NCBI GenBank assembly: GCA_963712745.1
Contig: CAVQJC010000017.1
Coordinates: 128,001-192,000, forward strand
DNA length: 64,000 bases
Source of the DNA: an uncultured Chloroflexia bacterium
GTDB lineage: Bacteria; Chloroflexota; Limnocylindria; Limnocylindrales; CSP1-4
Direction: 5' to 3'
The position numbers and the translations under genes were made by a program. This document shows positions 1 through 9,503 of this stretch, in pieces; within the stretch, counting starts at the first letter, position 1; each line of letters begins with the position of its first letter. The notes under the pieces are model-generated. The model made no database searches and had not been told where the DNA came from. It was given only the letters and a program-made list of their open reading frames with translations.

Positions 1-680
1 ACCTGGTGGCGGGCCACGTAGCGCACGCCGCCGGCGAGGCTCTTGCCGATGCCCTCAGACCGCTCGGGCTCCGGCATCGGCTTGCGTTCGATGCGCGTGA
101 CCAGCAGGACCGAGAGCCCCAGCAGCACGGCGATGGCGAAGTAGGTCGCCGGGATCCCGACGAAGGCGATGGCCAGGCCGCCGAACGCCGGCCCCACGAT
201 GGCAGCCGCGGTCCAGGCGCTGCCAGTCAGCGAGGCGCCGCGCGTGGCGTGTTCTACGGGGATGACCTGCGTCTCGAAGGCGACCAGGGCCGGTCGTTCG
301 AAGCCGGCCGCCACGCCCACCAGGAAGACGACCGCCAGGATGCCGGCGAAAGAGATGCTCTCGCCGGTGAGGGACAGCGCTGTCAGCACCAGCGCCCCGA
401 GCGTGAGCAGCACGCCTGTCAGCAGCACGATCGAGCGTCGGTCGCGCCGGTCCGCCACGTGCCCACCGAGCAGCATCAGGCCCAGTGCCGGGATGGCCTC
501 GACGAGGCCTAGGATGCCAAGCGCGAGTGGGTCGCCGGTGACCTCGTAGGTCTGGAAGGCCACGACCGTGGCGATGGCCGACATGCCCAGCGCCGCCAGG
601 CCGCGGGCTCCCAGCAACGCCCGGAACTCGGGCAGCGCCAGGAGGGCGCGCGTCTGGTCGCTCTCGGGTGTGGAGGTCAC
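1..680 (-). CDS. MFS transporter (runs off window start)
   Basis: Manual minus-strand translation from GTG 680: MTSTPESDQTRALLALPEFRALLGARGLAALGMSAIATVVAFQTYEVTGDPLALGILGLVEAIP..LLGGHVADRRDRR; MFS motif A (G..ADRxDRR). Not in the ORF track because the stop lies outside the window. Confidence 0.85.
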   Translation of the reverse strand, partial: MTSTPESDQTRALLALPEFRALLGARGLAALGMSAIATVVAFQTYEVTGDPLALGILGLVEAIPALGLMLLGGHVADRRDRRSIVLLTGVLLTLGALVLTALSLTGESISFAGILAVVFLVGVAAGFERPALVAFETQVIPVEHATRGASLTGSAWTAAAIVGPAFGGLAIAFVGIPATYFAIAVLLGLSVLLVTRIERKPMPEPERSEGIGKSLAGGVRYVARHQ

Positions 681-722
681 GCCCGGAGCCTAGACCGTGG
701 CGCGCCTCGCCAGTCGGGGCGC

Positions 723-776
723 TTGACGCACCGCCTGCCGAACCGTACCTTACGCCGTATTATTACAGCGTAAGGT
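723..776 (+). promoter_or_regulatory. sigma70-like promoter overlapped by inverted-repeat operator (TetR-type)
   Basis: TTGACG(723-728)-N17-TACCTT(746-751); inverted repeat ACCTTACGC..GCGTAAGGT at 747-776, upstream of the oxidoreductase. Confidence 0.6.
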
Positions 777-817
777 TGCCGCACGCGGCACGGACACATG
801 CGGCAGGGAGACAGGCG

Positions 818-1804
818 ATGAAGGCGATGATCCACCACGAGTTCGGCACAGCCAGCGAAGTCCTGCAGCTGGAGGACGTCACCACGCCGACGCCGGGCGA
901 GGGCGAGGTCCTGGTGCGCATCCGGGCGACCTCGGCCAATCCCTACGACTGGCACTTCATCCGCGGCGAGCCCCTCTTCATGCGGCTCGGTCCGGGCGGC
1001 CTGCGAACGCCCAAGCAGCCCATCCCAGGTGGCGACTTCGCGGGTGTGGTCGAGGCGGTCGGGGGAGGGGATGTCGGCGGGTTTGGTGTTGGGGACGAGG
1101 TCTACGGCTTCGCCCACGGTGCGTTCGCCGAGTACATCGCCGCTCCGCACGGTCGGATGGCCCGGAAGCCCGCCGGACTTACGTTCGAGGAGGCGGCGTC
1201 GCTCCCGCTGGTGGCGGCTACCGCCTGGCAGGGCCTCAAGGACGTCGGTCGCCTCGCAGCCGGCCAGAAGGCCCTCATCATCGGCGCCTCGGGCGGCATC
1301 GGCTCACTGGCAGTGCAGATGGCCAAGGCCTGGGGGGCGGAGGTCTCCGGTGTATGCAGCACCGCCAACGTCGAGCTCGTGCGTTCTCTCGGCGCCGACC
1401 ACGTCATCGACTACCGCGTCGAGGACTACACCCGCGGTGAGGCTCGGTACGACCTCGTCTTCCAGCTCGGGGGCACCATGCCGTCCGGATCGATCCGCAA
1501 CGTGATGACCAGGCAGGGCACGCTGGTGCAGTGCGCCGGCGATGGTGGGCGAGTGCTGGGGCCGCTCCCGAACATCATCAAGGCGATGGCGACGAACCCC
1601 TTCGTGAGCCAGCGGCTGGCGCTGGTGAACACGGTCGAGGACACGGCCACTTTTGACCGGATCCGCGAGATGGTGGAGGCAGGCGAGCTGCGCACGGTCA
1701 TCGACCGCACCGTCCCCTTCGAGCAGGCCGGTGCCGCGGTCGATCTCGTCGAGTCCGGCAGCCCGCGCGGCAAGGTCGTCATCAGCGGCCTTGAGTCGGC
1801 TTGA
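818..1804 (+). CDS. NAD(P)-dependent MDR-family oxidoreductase (alcohol dehydrogenase/quinone reductase-like)
   Basis: MKAM..GEVLVRIRATSANPYDW..GGDFAGVVEAVG..GASGGIG..RGKVVI; RBS GGAG before ATG 818. Confidence 0.92.
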   Translation: MKAMIHHEFGTASEVLQLEDVTTPTPGEGEVLVRIRATSANPYDWHFIRGEPLFMRLGPGGLRTPKQPIPGGDFAGVVEAVGGGDVGGFGVGDEVYGFAHGAFAEYIAAPHGRMARKPAGLTFEEAASLPLVAATAWQGLKDVGRLAAGQKALIIGASGGIGSLAVQMAKAWGAEVSGVCSTANVELVRSLGADHVIDYRVEDYTRGEARYDLVFQLGGTMPSGSIRNVMTRQGTLVQCAGDGGRVLGPLPNIIKAMATNPFVSQRLALVNTVEDTATFDRIREMVEAGELRTVIDRTVPFEQAGAAVDLVESGSPRGKVVISGLESA

Positions 1805-1974
1805 CGTGCCACCCCCCGCGTTGGGGCTGCTGCACGGTCGATGCCCGCCCCACCAGCCGGGTGCGGCGGGCGGGTCCTCCTGCTCGTGGTTTGGGGCCGT
1901 CGAGCCCTGGCCCGCCTCGACGCTCCCGCCCACGCTTGGCTTGGCATCGTGTCGACGTCGGGAGGAAGTCTGAT

Positions 1975-2088
1975 TTGGACGCACTTGCCGGACTGGGCAT
2001 CTTCTTCGCTGGTCTCGGGGTGTTCTTCGCCGGGGTCGGCGTACTCTGGGCCATCACGCTGTGGAGGGAGCGAAACCCGCGACCGTGA
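1975..2088 (+). CDS. small single-pass membrane protein (37 aa)
   Basis: GGAGG RBS at 1961, TTG start; MDALAGLGIFFAGLGVFFAGVGVLWAITLWRERNPRP has a hydrophobic helix and basic tail. Confidence 0.55.
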   Translation: MDALAGLGIFFAGLGVFFAGVGVLWAITLWRERNPRP

Positions 2089-2134
2089 TCTGGCGGCCGC
2101 GCGTAGCGAGGGCGACTTGCGGCCCGTTCGACTT

Positions 2135-2163
2135 TGAACGGTCCGACGCCTGCACTCCGTCAT
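2135..2163 (+). promoter_or_regulatory. putative ECF (autoregulatory) promoter
   Basis: TGAAC(2135-2139)-N18-CGTCAT directly upstream of the ECF sigma gene. Confidence 0.45.
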
Positions 2164-2209
2164 AGTCTGTGAGCGCGGCCGGACGGTCGTGCCACCAGCG
2201 GAGCGACCC

Positions 2210-2761
2210 GTGCAGCGTGACCTCGTCGTGGCGGCGCAAGCCGGCGACCATGATGCCTTCGAGGCCATCGCCATCTCGGAGGGGGACCGACTGTTCGCGC
2301 TTGCCCGACTCATCCTGCGCGACGCTGATCGGGCGCATGACGCGGTACAGGAGGCGCTCGTCCAGGCCTGGCGAGCACTTCCCCAGCTTCGTGACGCCGA
2401 CCGGTTCGACGCCTGGATACGACGACTGACCGTCAACGCCTGCTATGAACTGGCTCGGAGGGAGAAGCGCTGGGACGCCAAGATCAGTGCCGTCCGGCCA
2501 CCCGAGCCGGCGCCTGATGCGTCCCGAGCTGTGGCCGACCGCGACCAGCTCGAGCGTGGCTTCAGGCGCCTGAAGCCGGAGCAGCGGGCCGCGGTCGCGC
2601 TTCGCTACTACCTTGATCTCACCGTGCCGGAGGTGGCCGACGCACTCGGCATCCCCGAAGGCACCGCCAAGTCCAGGCTGCATCACGCGATGGCAGCGCT
2701 CCGAGCCGCTCTCGACGCTGATGCCAGAGTCAACCCCGACCTATCGGAGAAGACGGCATGA
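2210..2761 (+). CDS. ECF RNA polymerase sigma factor
   Basis: DAVQEALVQAWR (region 2), RLKPEQRAAVALRYYLDLTVPEVADALGIPEGTAKSRLH (region 4); GTG 2210 follows GGAG. Confidence 0.95.
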   Translation: MQRDLVVAAQAGDHDAFEAIAISEGDRLFALARLILRDADRAHDAVQEALVQAWRALPQLRDADRFDAWIRRLTVNACYELARREKRWDAKISAVRPPEPAPDASRAVADRDQLERGFRRLKPEQRAAVALRYYLDLTVPEVADALGIPEGTAKSRLHHAMAALRAALDADARVNPDLSEKTA

Positions 2762-3513
2762 ACCGCCACGACGACGCCGAGCGGCGCGTCAGCGCGTGGC
2801 TGCACGACGAGGCTCAGGGCGAGTTGCCCGACTGGGTCCTGCAGCAGACCTTCGAGCGAACACGCCACGAAGCGCAACGGCGCGGCCTCCGCGGCCGACT
2901 CACATCGATCACCGGAACCCCCACCAGCGCAGGGAGCACGACCATGTTCACGATCCCCCGGCTCGCGGCCGTCATCGCCGTGACCGCGCTCGCTACCACC
3001 GCCATCCTCAATGTCTCTCAGACCTCCAACGAGCCTGCGGGCGCAGAGGCGACCCGGGCCCCGGCGGTCGAGTTCACCGGCAAGACGCAGTTCGGCGACT
3101 GCTTCGGCCCCGACACGACCGTCCAGACCAGCCCAGGCTTCGTCAGAGAGACCGAGGAAGCAGGCTCGTACTGCGTGAACCCCACGACGGAGGCGTTCAC
3201 CGACCCGCGGCTCGGGGGTGAGTTCCGGGTCTGGGTGGGTGGGAATGACGGCTACGGCCTTGGGCCGACCATCTGGAGCAGTCGGTTCTCCATGCACGAC
3301 GAGGACGGGGCCTGGGTCCAGCGACCGGACTTGACGCTAAGCCATGCAGATGGCAGCGGGCCGAACGATGTCGTGATCATGGATGGAAGCGGCGCGTACG
3401 ACGGACTCAGCCTTATCGCCGAGGTCAGCTTCTTCGACTCGGTCTGGACCTGGCGCGGCTACATCATCGACGGTGATCTGCCGCCCACGCCTGAGGTCCG
3501 GCTACCCGAATAG
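2758..3513 (+). CDS. probable anti-sigma factor (cytoplasmic N-term, one TM, extracellular domain)
   Basis: ATGA overlap with the sigma gene; ERRVSAWLHDEA..PDWVLQQTFERTR N-terminus, TM segment LAAVIAVTALATTAIL, C-terminal domain ending GYIIDGDLPPTP. Confidence 0.75.
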   Translation: MNRHDDAERRVSAWLHDEAQGELPDWVLQQTFERTRHEAQRRGLRGRLTSITGTPTSAGSTTMFTIPRLAAVIAVTALATTAILNVSQTSNEPAGAEATRAPAVEFTGKTQFGDCFGPDTTVQTSPGFVRETEEAGSYCVNPTTEAFTDPRLGGEFRVWVGGNDGYGLGPTIWSSRFSMHDEDGAWVQRPDLTLSHADGSGPNDVVIMDGSGAYDGLSLIAEVSFFDSVWTWRGYIIDGDLPPTPEVRLPE

Positions 3514-3531
3514 CCGGCAACGCCCCCGCGG

Positions 3532-4149
3532 TCAGCCGGCCGGTTTGCGCCCGGTGAGCAGGAGAAGCGGGTAGATCCGGCCGTCCTCCCTCTCGAGCTC
3601 ATGGACGATGCGCGTCTGGGCATCCTCGAACCCGGCCGCTGTCGCCAGCGCTACCAGCGAGTCGCCCTCGAAACCGTGGTGATGGATGCCCGGCTGGTCG
3701 GGATCGTGGAAGGTCCCGTCCTCCTCGTCAAGGTCGATGAGCGCGATGTGACCACCCGCCGCCAGCGCCGCGTGGATCGAGCGTAGCGTCGCCTCGGTGT
3801 CCTCGACGTGATGGAGCACCAGCAGTGAGACGGCCAGGTCGAAGGGCGCGCCTTCGGGCGGCTCGTCCGCCGGGAAGTCGAAGACGATGGCTCGAACATC
3901 CACGATCCCTTCAGCCTCGATCCTGGTACGGGCGACCTCGATCATGCCCTCCGATGGGTCGGTCAGGACCACCGAGCCGACGTCCGCCAGCAGGTCGAGG
4001 CCCAGCAACCCGGTCCCGGCCCCGATGTCGACGACGCGCCCCTCGGCCGACAGGGGCACGTGCTCGCGGATGACCTCGGCCAGGGCATGGGCTCGCGCGC
4101 GGCGCTCGGGGGTGTCCCACTCGGCCGCCTTGGCATCGAAAACGCTCAT
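3532..4149 (-). CDS. class I SAM-dependent methyltransferase
   Basis: MSVFDAKAAEWD..VVDIGAGTG..FDLAVSLLVLHHV..HHGF. Confidence 0.9.
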   Translation of the reverse strand: MSVFDAKAAEWDTPERRARAHALAEVIREHVPLSAEGRVVDIGAGTGLLGLDLLADVGSVVLTDPSEGMIEVARTRIEAEGIVDVRAIVFDFPADEPPEGAPFDLAVSLLVLHHVEDTEATLRSIHAALAAGGHIALIDLDEEDGTFHDPDQPGIHHHGFEGDSLVALATAAGFEDAQTRIVHELEREDGRIYPLLLLTGRKPAG

Positions 4150-4174
4150 GCGCCCATCATGGCACCCTTGCCGC

Positions 4175-4606
4175 ATGCGCTTGATCACATCGGAGAACGT
4201 GGCCTCGTTCGTGGAGGACGGCGCGCTCCACGTCGAGGAGGGCTGGACCCTGGCACCGTCGGCGCTGGAGTACCTGCGTCGGAACCGCGTGCGTTTCGCA
4301 GGCGAGGAATCGCGCGCTGCGGCCGCGGCAGCAGCTGAGAACCTGGTCGTGATCACCGTCCAGGGCATCGACAGGCCGGGCATCATCGCCAGCGTCGCGG
4401 GCGAGGTCGCGCGTCAGAACGGCAACGTCACCGACCTCAGCCAGACGATCCTGGCGGGCGTGTTCGTGATGGTGCTGGTCGTGGACATGAGCGGCACGGA
4501 GGGCTACGACCCGCTGGTGGCTGGCCTTGAGAAGGTGGGTCGGGAGATCGGCATGGAAGTCTCCGTTCGCCTCTACTCCGTGTACGAAGCCATGCACCGC
4601 ATCTAG
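4175..4606 (+). CDS. ACT-domain protein (UPF0237-like) with N-terminal extension
   Basis: VITVQGIDRPGIIASVA..NVTDLSQTI..YEAMHRI; precedes the DUF711 gene as is typical. Confidence 0.85.
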   Translation: MRLITSENVASFVEDGALHVEEGWTLAPSALEYLRRNRVRFAGEESRAAAAAAAENLVVITVQGIDRPGIIASVAGEVARQNGNVTDLSQTILAGVFVMVLVVDMSGTEGYDPLVAGLEKVGREIGMEVSVRLYSVYEAMHRI

Positions 4607-4626
4607 CGGGCAGGAAGGCAGCACCG

Positions 4627-5982
4627 ATGGCGCGTGGCCCCCTGGGCATGGACGAGATCCTCGAGTCGGTGGGTATGGTCGGCCGCGACCACCTTGACAT
4701 CCGCACCGTCACGCTAGGCATCAACCTGCGTGGCTGCCGCACGCCAGAGGACGTGGTCCGGCGCATCACCACCACCGCAGGCGACCTGGTCCCCCTCACC
4801 AACGCCATCGCGGCCGAGACCGGCATCCCCATCGTCAACCGCCGCATCGCGGTCACGCCCATCGCCTGGGTGGCCGAGCGCGGGGACCGCCAGCTGCTGC
4901 TGGACCTGGCCCGGGCGCTGGACCAGGCCGCCGTCGAGGTCGGGGTCGACTTCATCGGCGGCTTCAGCGCCATGGTCGAGAAACACGCCTCGCGCATCGA
5001 CGAGGAGGTCATGGCTACGCTGCCCTACGCCTTTGCCGAGACGGGGCGGGTCTGCGGCTCGGTGAACGTGGCCACCACCGGCTCCGGCATCAACATGGAT
5101 GCCGTCCGCTTCATGGGCGAGGTCGTCAAGGAGACCGCAGCGACCACGGCTGACGAAGCCGCCATCGGCTGCGCCAAGCTCGTCGTCTTCGCCAATGCCG
5201 TGCCCGACAACCCCTTCATGGCCGGCGCCTTCCACGGGTTCGGCGAGGGCGACGCTGCCATCTCCGTAGGCATCTCCGGACCTGGCGTGGTGGCCAATGC
5301 GCTGCGCCGCCTGCCCCGGGGTGCGCCCATGCAGGAGCTGGCCGAGGAGATCAAGCGCACCGTCTTCAAGATCACGCGGGTGGGCGAGCACGTCGGTCGC
5401 GAAGTCTCCCGGCGGCTGGGTGTGGCCTTCGGCGTGGTCGACATCTCGCTGGCCCCCACCTCGACCCCCGGCGACTCGGTGGCGGAGATCCTCGAGCTCA
5501 TCGGCGTGGAGCGCGTGGGATTGCCCGGATCGACGGTGGGTCTGGCCATGCTCAACGATGCCGTGAAGAAGGGCGGGGCCATGGCCACCTCGCGGGCGGG
5601 CGGTCTGTCGGGTGCCTTCATCCCCGTCAGCGAAGACGCCAACTTCGCCTCTGCGGTGGCCGACGGGCACCTGGTGCTGGAGAAGCTGGAGGCCATGACC
5701 GCGGTCTGCTCGGTCGGTCTCGACATGATCGCCCTGCCCGGCGACACCTCGGCTCACACCATCGCGGCCATCATCGCCGACGAGGCCGCCATCGGCATCA
5801 TCAACGACAAGACCACCGCCTGCCGTCTGGTGCCGGTTCCGGGCGCGAAGCCGGGCGACTGGGTCGACTGGGGCGGGCTGCTGGGCCGAGCGCCGGTGAT
5901 GGAGGTGCGCGACCGACCGACCGTCGGCGTCATCGAGCGCGCCGGCCACATGCCGCCGCCACTGCGAGCGCTCGGGAACTGA
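4627..5982 (+). CDS. PFL/DUF711 (UPF0210) family protein
   Basis: LDIRTVTLGI, GIPIVNRRIAVTP, AKLVVFANAVPDNPFMAGAFHG, EKLEAMTAVCSVGLDM. Confidence 0.93.
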   Translation: MARGPLGMDEILESVGMVGRDHLDIRTVTLGINLRGCRTPEDVVRRITTTAGDLVPLTNAIAAETGIPIVNRRIAVTPIAWVAERGDRQLLLDLARALDQAAVEVGVDFIGGFSAMVEKHASRIDEEVMATLPYAFAETGRVCGSVNVATTGSGINMDAVRFMGEVVKETAATTADEAAIGCAKLVVFANAVPDNPFMAGAFHGFGEGDAAISVGISGPGVVANALRRLPRGAPMQELAEEIKRTVFKITRVGEHVGREVSRRLGVAFGVVDISLAPTSTPGDSVAEILELIGVERVGLPGSTVGLAMLNDAVKKGGAMATSRAGGLSGAFIPVSEDANFASAVADGHLVLEKLEAMTAVCSVGLDMIALPGDTSAHTIAAIIADEAAIGIINDKTTACRLVPVPGAKPGDWVDWGGLLGRAPVMEVRDRPTVGVIERAGHMPPPLRALGN

Positions 5983-6073
5983 GGGCCGCTACGGCCACGG
6001 CTCGAGCCGCCGTGATGGTTACTGCTCGAGCGCTGGGGAACTGAGGGCCGCTGTCGCGACGGCTCGAGCGCCG
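5961..6073. repeat. imperfect tandem duplication of the DUF711 3' end (~52 bp x2)
   Basis: ACTGCGAGCGCTCGGGAACTGAGGGCCGCT..ACGGCTCGAGCCGCCG (5961-6012) vs ACTGCTCGAGCGCTGGGGAACTGAGGGCCGCT..ACGGCTCGAGCGCCG (6021-6073). Confidence 0.7.
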
Positions 6074-6076
6074 GTC

Positions 6077-6463
6077 CTATCTGATGAGTTCGACGCGGAC
6101 GCCTGTCTCGAGATCGGCCCACGCACGGTCTGCGGTCAGCACCGGGAGTCCCCGCACCGATGCGGTCGCCAGACAGGCCCGGTCTGCGAGGCCCAGATGC
6201 CTGGCCCCACGGTGCCACAGGTCGGCAGCAGCCTCTGCCTCTTCGGTGCCGAATGGGACGAGGACCACACCCAGGCTCTGCAGGTCCTCGGCCAGGCCCT
6301 CGACACCGACCTCGTGAGCCCGGGCCTTCTGCAGGACCTCCGACCAGTTCACGGCTGAGACCAGGGCGGCAGACAGCAGCATCGCTACTGCATCGCCACC
6401 CGGCTCGCGTCCGAGCATGGCGAGGACGGCCGATGCATCGAGCACGTAACGTTCCCCGCTCAC
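6077..6463 (-). CDS. vapC: VapC/PIN-domain toxin
   Basis: YVLDASAVLA..SAVNWSEV..LGLADRACLA..VLTADRAW. Confidence 0.92.
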   Translation of the reverse strand: MSGERYVLDASAVLAMLGREPGGDAVAMLLSAALVSAVNWSEVLQKARAHEVGVEGLAEDLQSLGVVLVPFGTEEAEAAADLWHRGARHLGLADRACLATASVRGLPVLTADRAWADLETGVRVELIR

Positions 6464-6702
6464 TCGTCGCGCGCGGCCTCGGCGCGGCGATCGGCCAGCA
6501 ACTCCTCGACCAGGCTGACATCCGGATCCAACTTGTCGAAGCGTTCCTGAGCTCGACGCAGCACATCGGCTCGACGCTCCAGGACCAACCGTCCGTCCTC
6601 GACCCGTGCGACCAGCGGTTCGCCGGGTTCAGCGCCGAAGGCACGCCGCAGCTTGGCGGGAACGAGCACGCGTCCGTCAGTTTTTATAGTGACTGTCAAC
6701 AC
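6460..6702 (-). CDS. AbrB/MazE/SpoVT-family antitoxin
   Basis: VTIKTDGRVLVPAKLRRAFG..SLVEELLADRRAEA; overlaps the toxin start; TTGACA upstream. Confidence 0.85.
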   Translation of the reverse strand: MLTVTIKTDGRVLVPAKLRRAFGAEPGEPLVARVEDGRLVLERRADVLRRAQERFDKLDPDVSLVEELLADRRAEAARDE

Positions 6703-7120
6703 CCAATGAATCTGCCAGGTCAAGACTCGTGTGTCAATCACGCTGATGCGGCCCAGGGCCGGACTCGCCTGATTCGCCCGACCATCTTGCGGCCACGCGC
6801 CGCCAACCACTTGTGGACATGCGCCGCCATCACCGGAAGACCGCTCCGCCGTAACCATTCATCGACACGCGCTGCCACCACCTGTAGACCGCGCCACCGC
6901 CACCACCCTTCGTAGACACGCGTCGGTGTTGGCGACCGTAGTCGCGCTCGTAGCCACGTCGATCCGGCGATTCGGGCCGCTGGGAGCTCTCCCAGCGCTA
7001 CGCCGGGGTCAGGCGTCGCCGGGGTCGACCCCTGGCTACATCGTCGCCGGCGAGGCGCGACTACCGTCGCTCGCGCCGACCGCTGTCTATCGGGTCGGTC
7101 GCGAAGACCCGATAGCGTCG

Positions 7121-7221
7121 CCCGGGCCGACGGGTGGCTACGAGCTGCCGCGGGCCCGGGCCGACGGGTGGCTACGAGCTGCCACGGGCGCGGGCCGTCG
7201 CGTGGCTACGGAGCCGTCGCG
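7121..7221. repeat. 34-bp tandem repeat (2 near-identical + 1 degenerate) in a hairpin-rich intergenic region
   Basis: CCCGGGCCGACGGGTGGCTACGAGCTGCC(G/A)CGGG at 7121 and 7155; degenerate copy at 7189. Confidence 0.8.
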
Positions 7222-7279
7222 TCGCCAAGACGCCCTGGTGCTGCGCCGGCCGGTAGCGCCCGCTGACGCGAGCCCAATC

Positions 7280-8386
7280 CTAGCGGGCGTAGCCCTCGGC
7301 GGGATCGTCCGGGTCGGCCTCGACGGTCTCAGGTCGGGCGATCTGCGACTGCGCCACCACGGCATTCCGGCGCAGGCCGCGGAAGTCCTCCAGGTGTGTC
7401 CAGCCACGGTCTGCGTTCTGCTCGAGGAAGGCCTCCATGCCCTCGATGAGGCCGTGCACCACGTTGGGCCCGATGGCCTTGTCCAGCATGGCCGCGGTGG
7501 CGACCTGCACGGTGCCGCAGCCGAGCATGAAGTAGGAGAGGGCATCGGCCCAGGTCGAGATGCCGCCGACGCCGGAGAACTCGCGATCGGGGAATGCCTG
7601 GGTCATCTGGGCCATCTTGGCCAGCGACTGCATGAGGATGGCCGGCCCTCCGAGCCCTCCGGGCGAGGTCAGGCCATCGACGTTGACCTCGAACTCGAGC
7701 GTCACGGGGTCGATCGGCGGCAGCGAGGGGAACGTGTTGGAGGAGGTGATGGCGTCGGCTCCACCGCGGAAGGTCGCGCCGGCCTCCTCTGCGATGTCGG
7801 CCGTGGCAGGGGTGAGCTTGGCCCACACCGGCACCGTCGCGACCTCCTTCACGACCTGCGTCGTGGTCGACACCAGCCCCGCGTCCTTGCCCAGCCCTGA
7901 GCCCATGTCGTCACGGTCCATGTGCGGGCACGAGTAGTTGAGCTCGATGGCATCGACGCCTTCGTCCTGCACCGCCTTGGCCAGGGTCTGCCAGTTACGC
8001 ATCTCCTCGTCCGAGCCCGAGCCGGCCATGATGGAGGCCACCAGCACGTGCTCGGGATAGTCCCGCTTGACGGCCGACAACTTGCCGATCCACCAGTCGA
8101 GCGGCTTGTCGCTGATGAGCTCCCAGTTCCACGAGGCCATGACCGTCGAGGCGTCGCGCTTGGCCATCGACTTGCGCGACCCGCCGTCGTCGAGGCGCAG
8201 GAACTTGGTCTTGGGCCCGCGCACGTTATGCACCTGGTGCAGGCCGATGGTCTTGGTCACCACACCGCCCCAGCCCGCGTCGTAGGCGCGGCGGATGTTC
8301 GACTCCGACTCGGTCGGCGGCGCTGACGCGAGCATGAACGGGTTGGGGAACTTGATGCCGGTGAAGGTCGTCGACAGGTCGGCCAT
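7280..8386 (-). CDS. preA: dihydropyrimidine dehydrogenase subunit PreA-like (FMN barrel, no ferredoxin tail)
   Basis: NPFMLASAPP, GWGGVVTKT, NWELISD, ELNYSCPH, VPVWAKLTP, SGVGGI. Confidence 0.8.
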   Translation of the reverse strand: MADLSTTFTGIKFPNPFMLASAPPTESESNIRRAYDAGWGGVVTKTIGLHQVHNVRGPKTKFLRLDDGGSRKSMAKRDASTVMASWNWELISDKPLDWWIGKLSAVKRDYPEHVLVASIMAGSGSDEEMRNWQTLAKAVQDEGVDAIELNYSCPHMDRDDMGSGLGKDAGLVSTTTQVVKEVATVPVWAKLTPATADIAEEAGATFRGGADAITSSNTFPSLPPIDPVTLEFEVNVDGLTSPGGLGGPAILMQSLAKMAQMTQAFPDREFSGVGGISTWADALSYFMLGCGTVQVATAAMLDKAIGPNVVHGLIEGMEAFLEQNADRGWTHLEDFRGLRRNAVVAQSQIARPETVEADPDDPAEGYAR

Positions 8387-8527
8387 GGGTGTCTCCTCGC
8401 GTGTCGGGGAAGCGCGCATCGTAGACCACCTGCGCAGCATCGCCAGAGCCACTGGTCACATCGGACTCGACGAGCCGACGCCGAGACACGCCCATACTCG
8501 TGCGTCGCCTCCCGTACGATGCGAGCC

Positions 8528-9503
8528 ATGACCGAGACTCGCTCCCTTCCGCCTGGACCCCGTCCTGGTCGAGCGCCCGTGGGGAGGGACCCGGCTGGCC
8601 GGGTACGGCAAGACGCTGCCGGCAGGCGCGCGCATCGGCGAGAGCTGGGAGCTGTGCGACCTGCCGCAGCACGTGGCCCCGCACGTGGACGACCCCAGCA
8701 GCACCGTGCTCGACGGGCCCTTTGCCGGGGCCAGGCTGCGCACGGTCGTGGCCGAGGCCCGCGAGGCGCTGATGGGCCCGGTGCCGCCGACCCCGGATGC
8801 CCGCTTCCCGCTGCTGTTCAAGCTCCTCGATGCCCGCGAGCACCTCTCGGTGCAGGTCCATCCCCATGAAGCGTACGTGGCCGCCCATCCGGAGGCCCGG
8901 CTGAAGACCGAGTCGTGGTACATCATCGATGCCGACCCCGGAGCCTCGCTGTACCTCGACGTGACGCTCGAGACGACCAGGGCCGAGGTCGAGGCCGTCA
9001 TGGGCACGCCCGACATCGTGCCCCTGCTTGGTGAGCGGCCGGCCGTTCCCGGCGCCTTCCACCACGTGCCTGCCGGGCTCATCCACGCGCTCGGCGCGGG
9101 GACGTTCGTGGCCGAGGTGCAGACCCCCAGCGACACGACCTTCCGCATCTACGACTGGGCGAAGGAGTATGGGCGAGCACCCCGCCAGCTCCATCCGGCC
9201 GAGTCGTTGGGCAGCATCGTGCTCCGACCGGACGCGGCCTTCTCGCTCGATGCGATGTCGTCGACCGGCGTGCGCGAGCTCGTCCGCAACGACCACTACT
9301 GGATGCGCGAGCATCGCGTGGAGGCGGGCACAGGCGACCTCGCGCCGACGCCGGGGCCGACTATCCTCAACGTCACCCGCGGCGCGATCGTGCTCGACGA
9401 CCTCGAGCTGTCCAGGGGCACCACCGCCATCGTGCCGGCCTCGTCGAATGTCTCGACCTTCGAAGGCAGCGGCGCGGTGGTCATGGAGATGGGATTGGTA
9501 TGA
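8528..9503 (+). CDS. type I mannose-6-phosphate isomerase (one-base frameshift just after start)
   Basis: PFRLDPVLVERPWGG..GESWE..FPLLFKLLDAREHLSVQVHP..KTESW..EVQTPSDTTFRIYDW; ATG 8528 is one base out of frame with the body. Confidence 0.85.
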
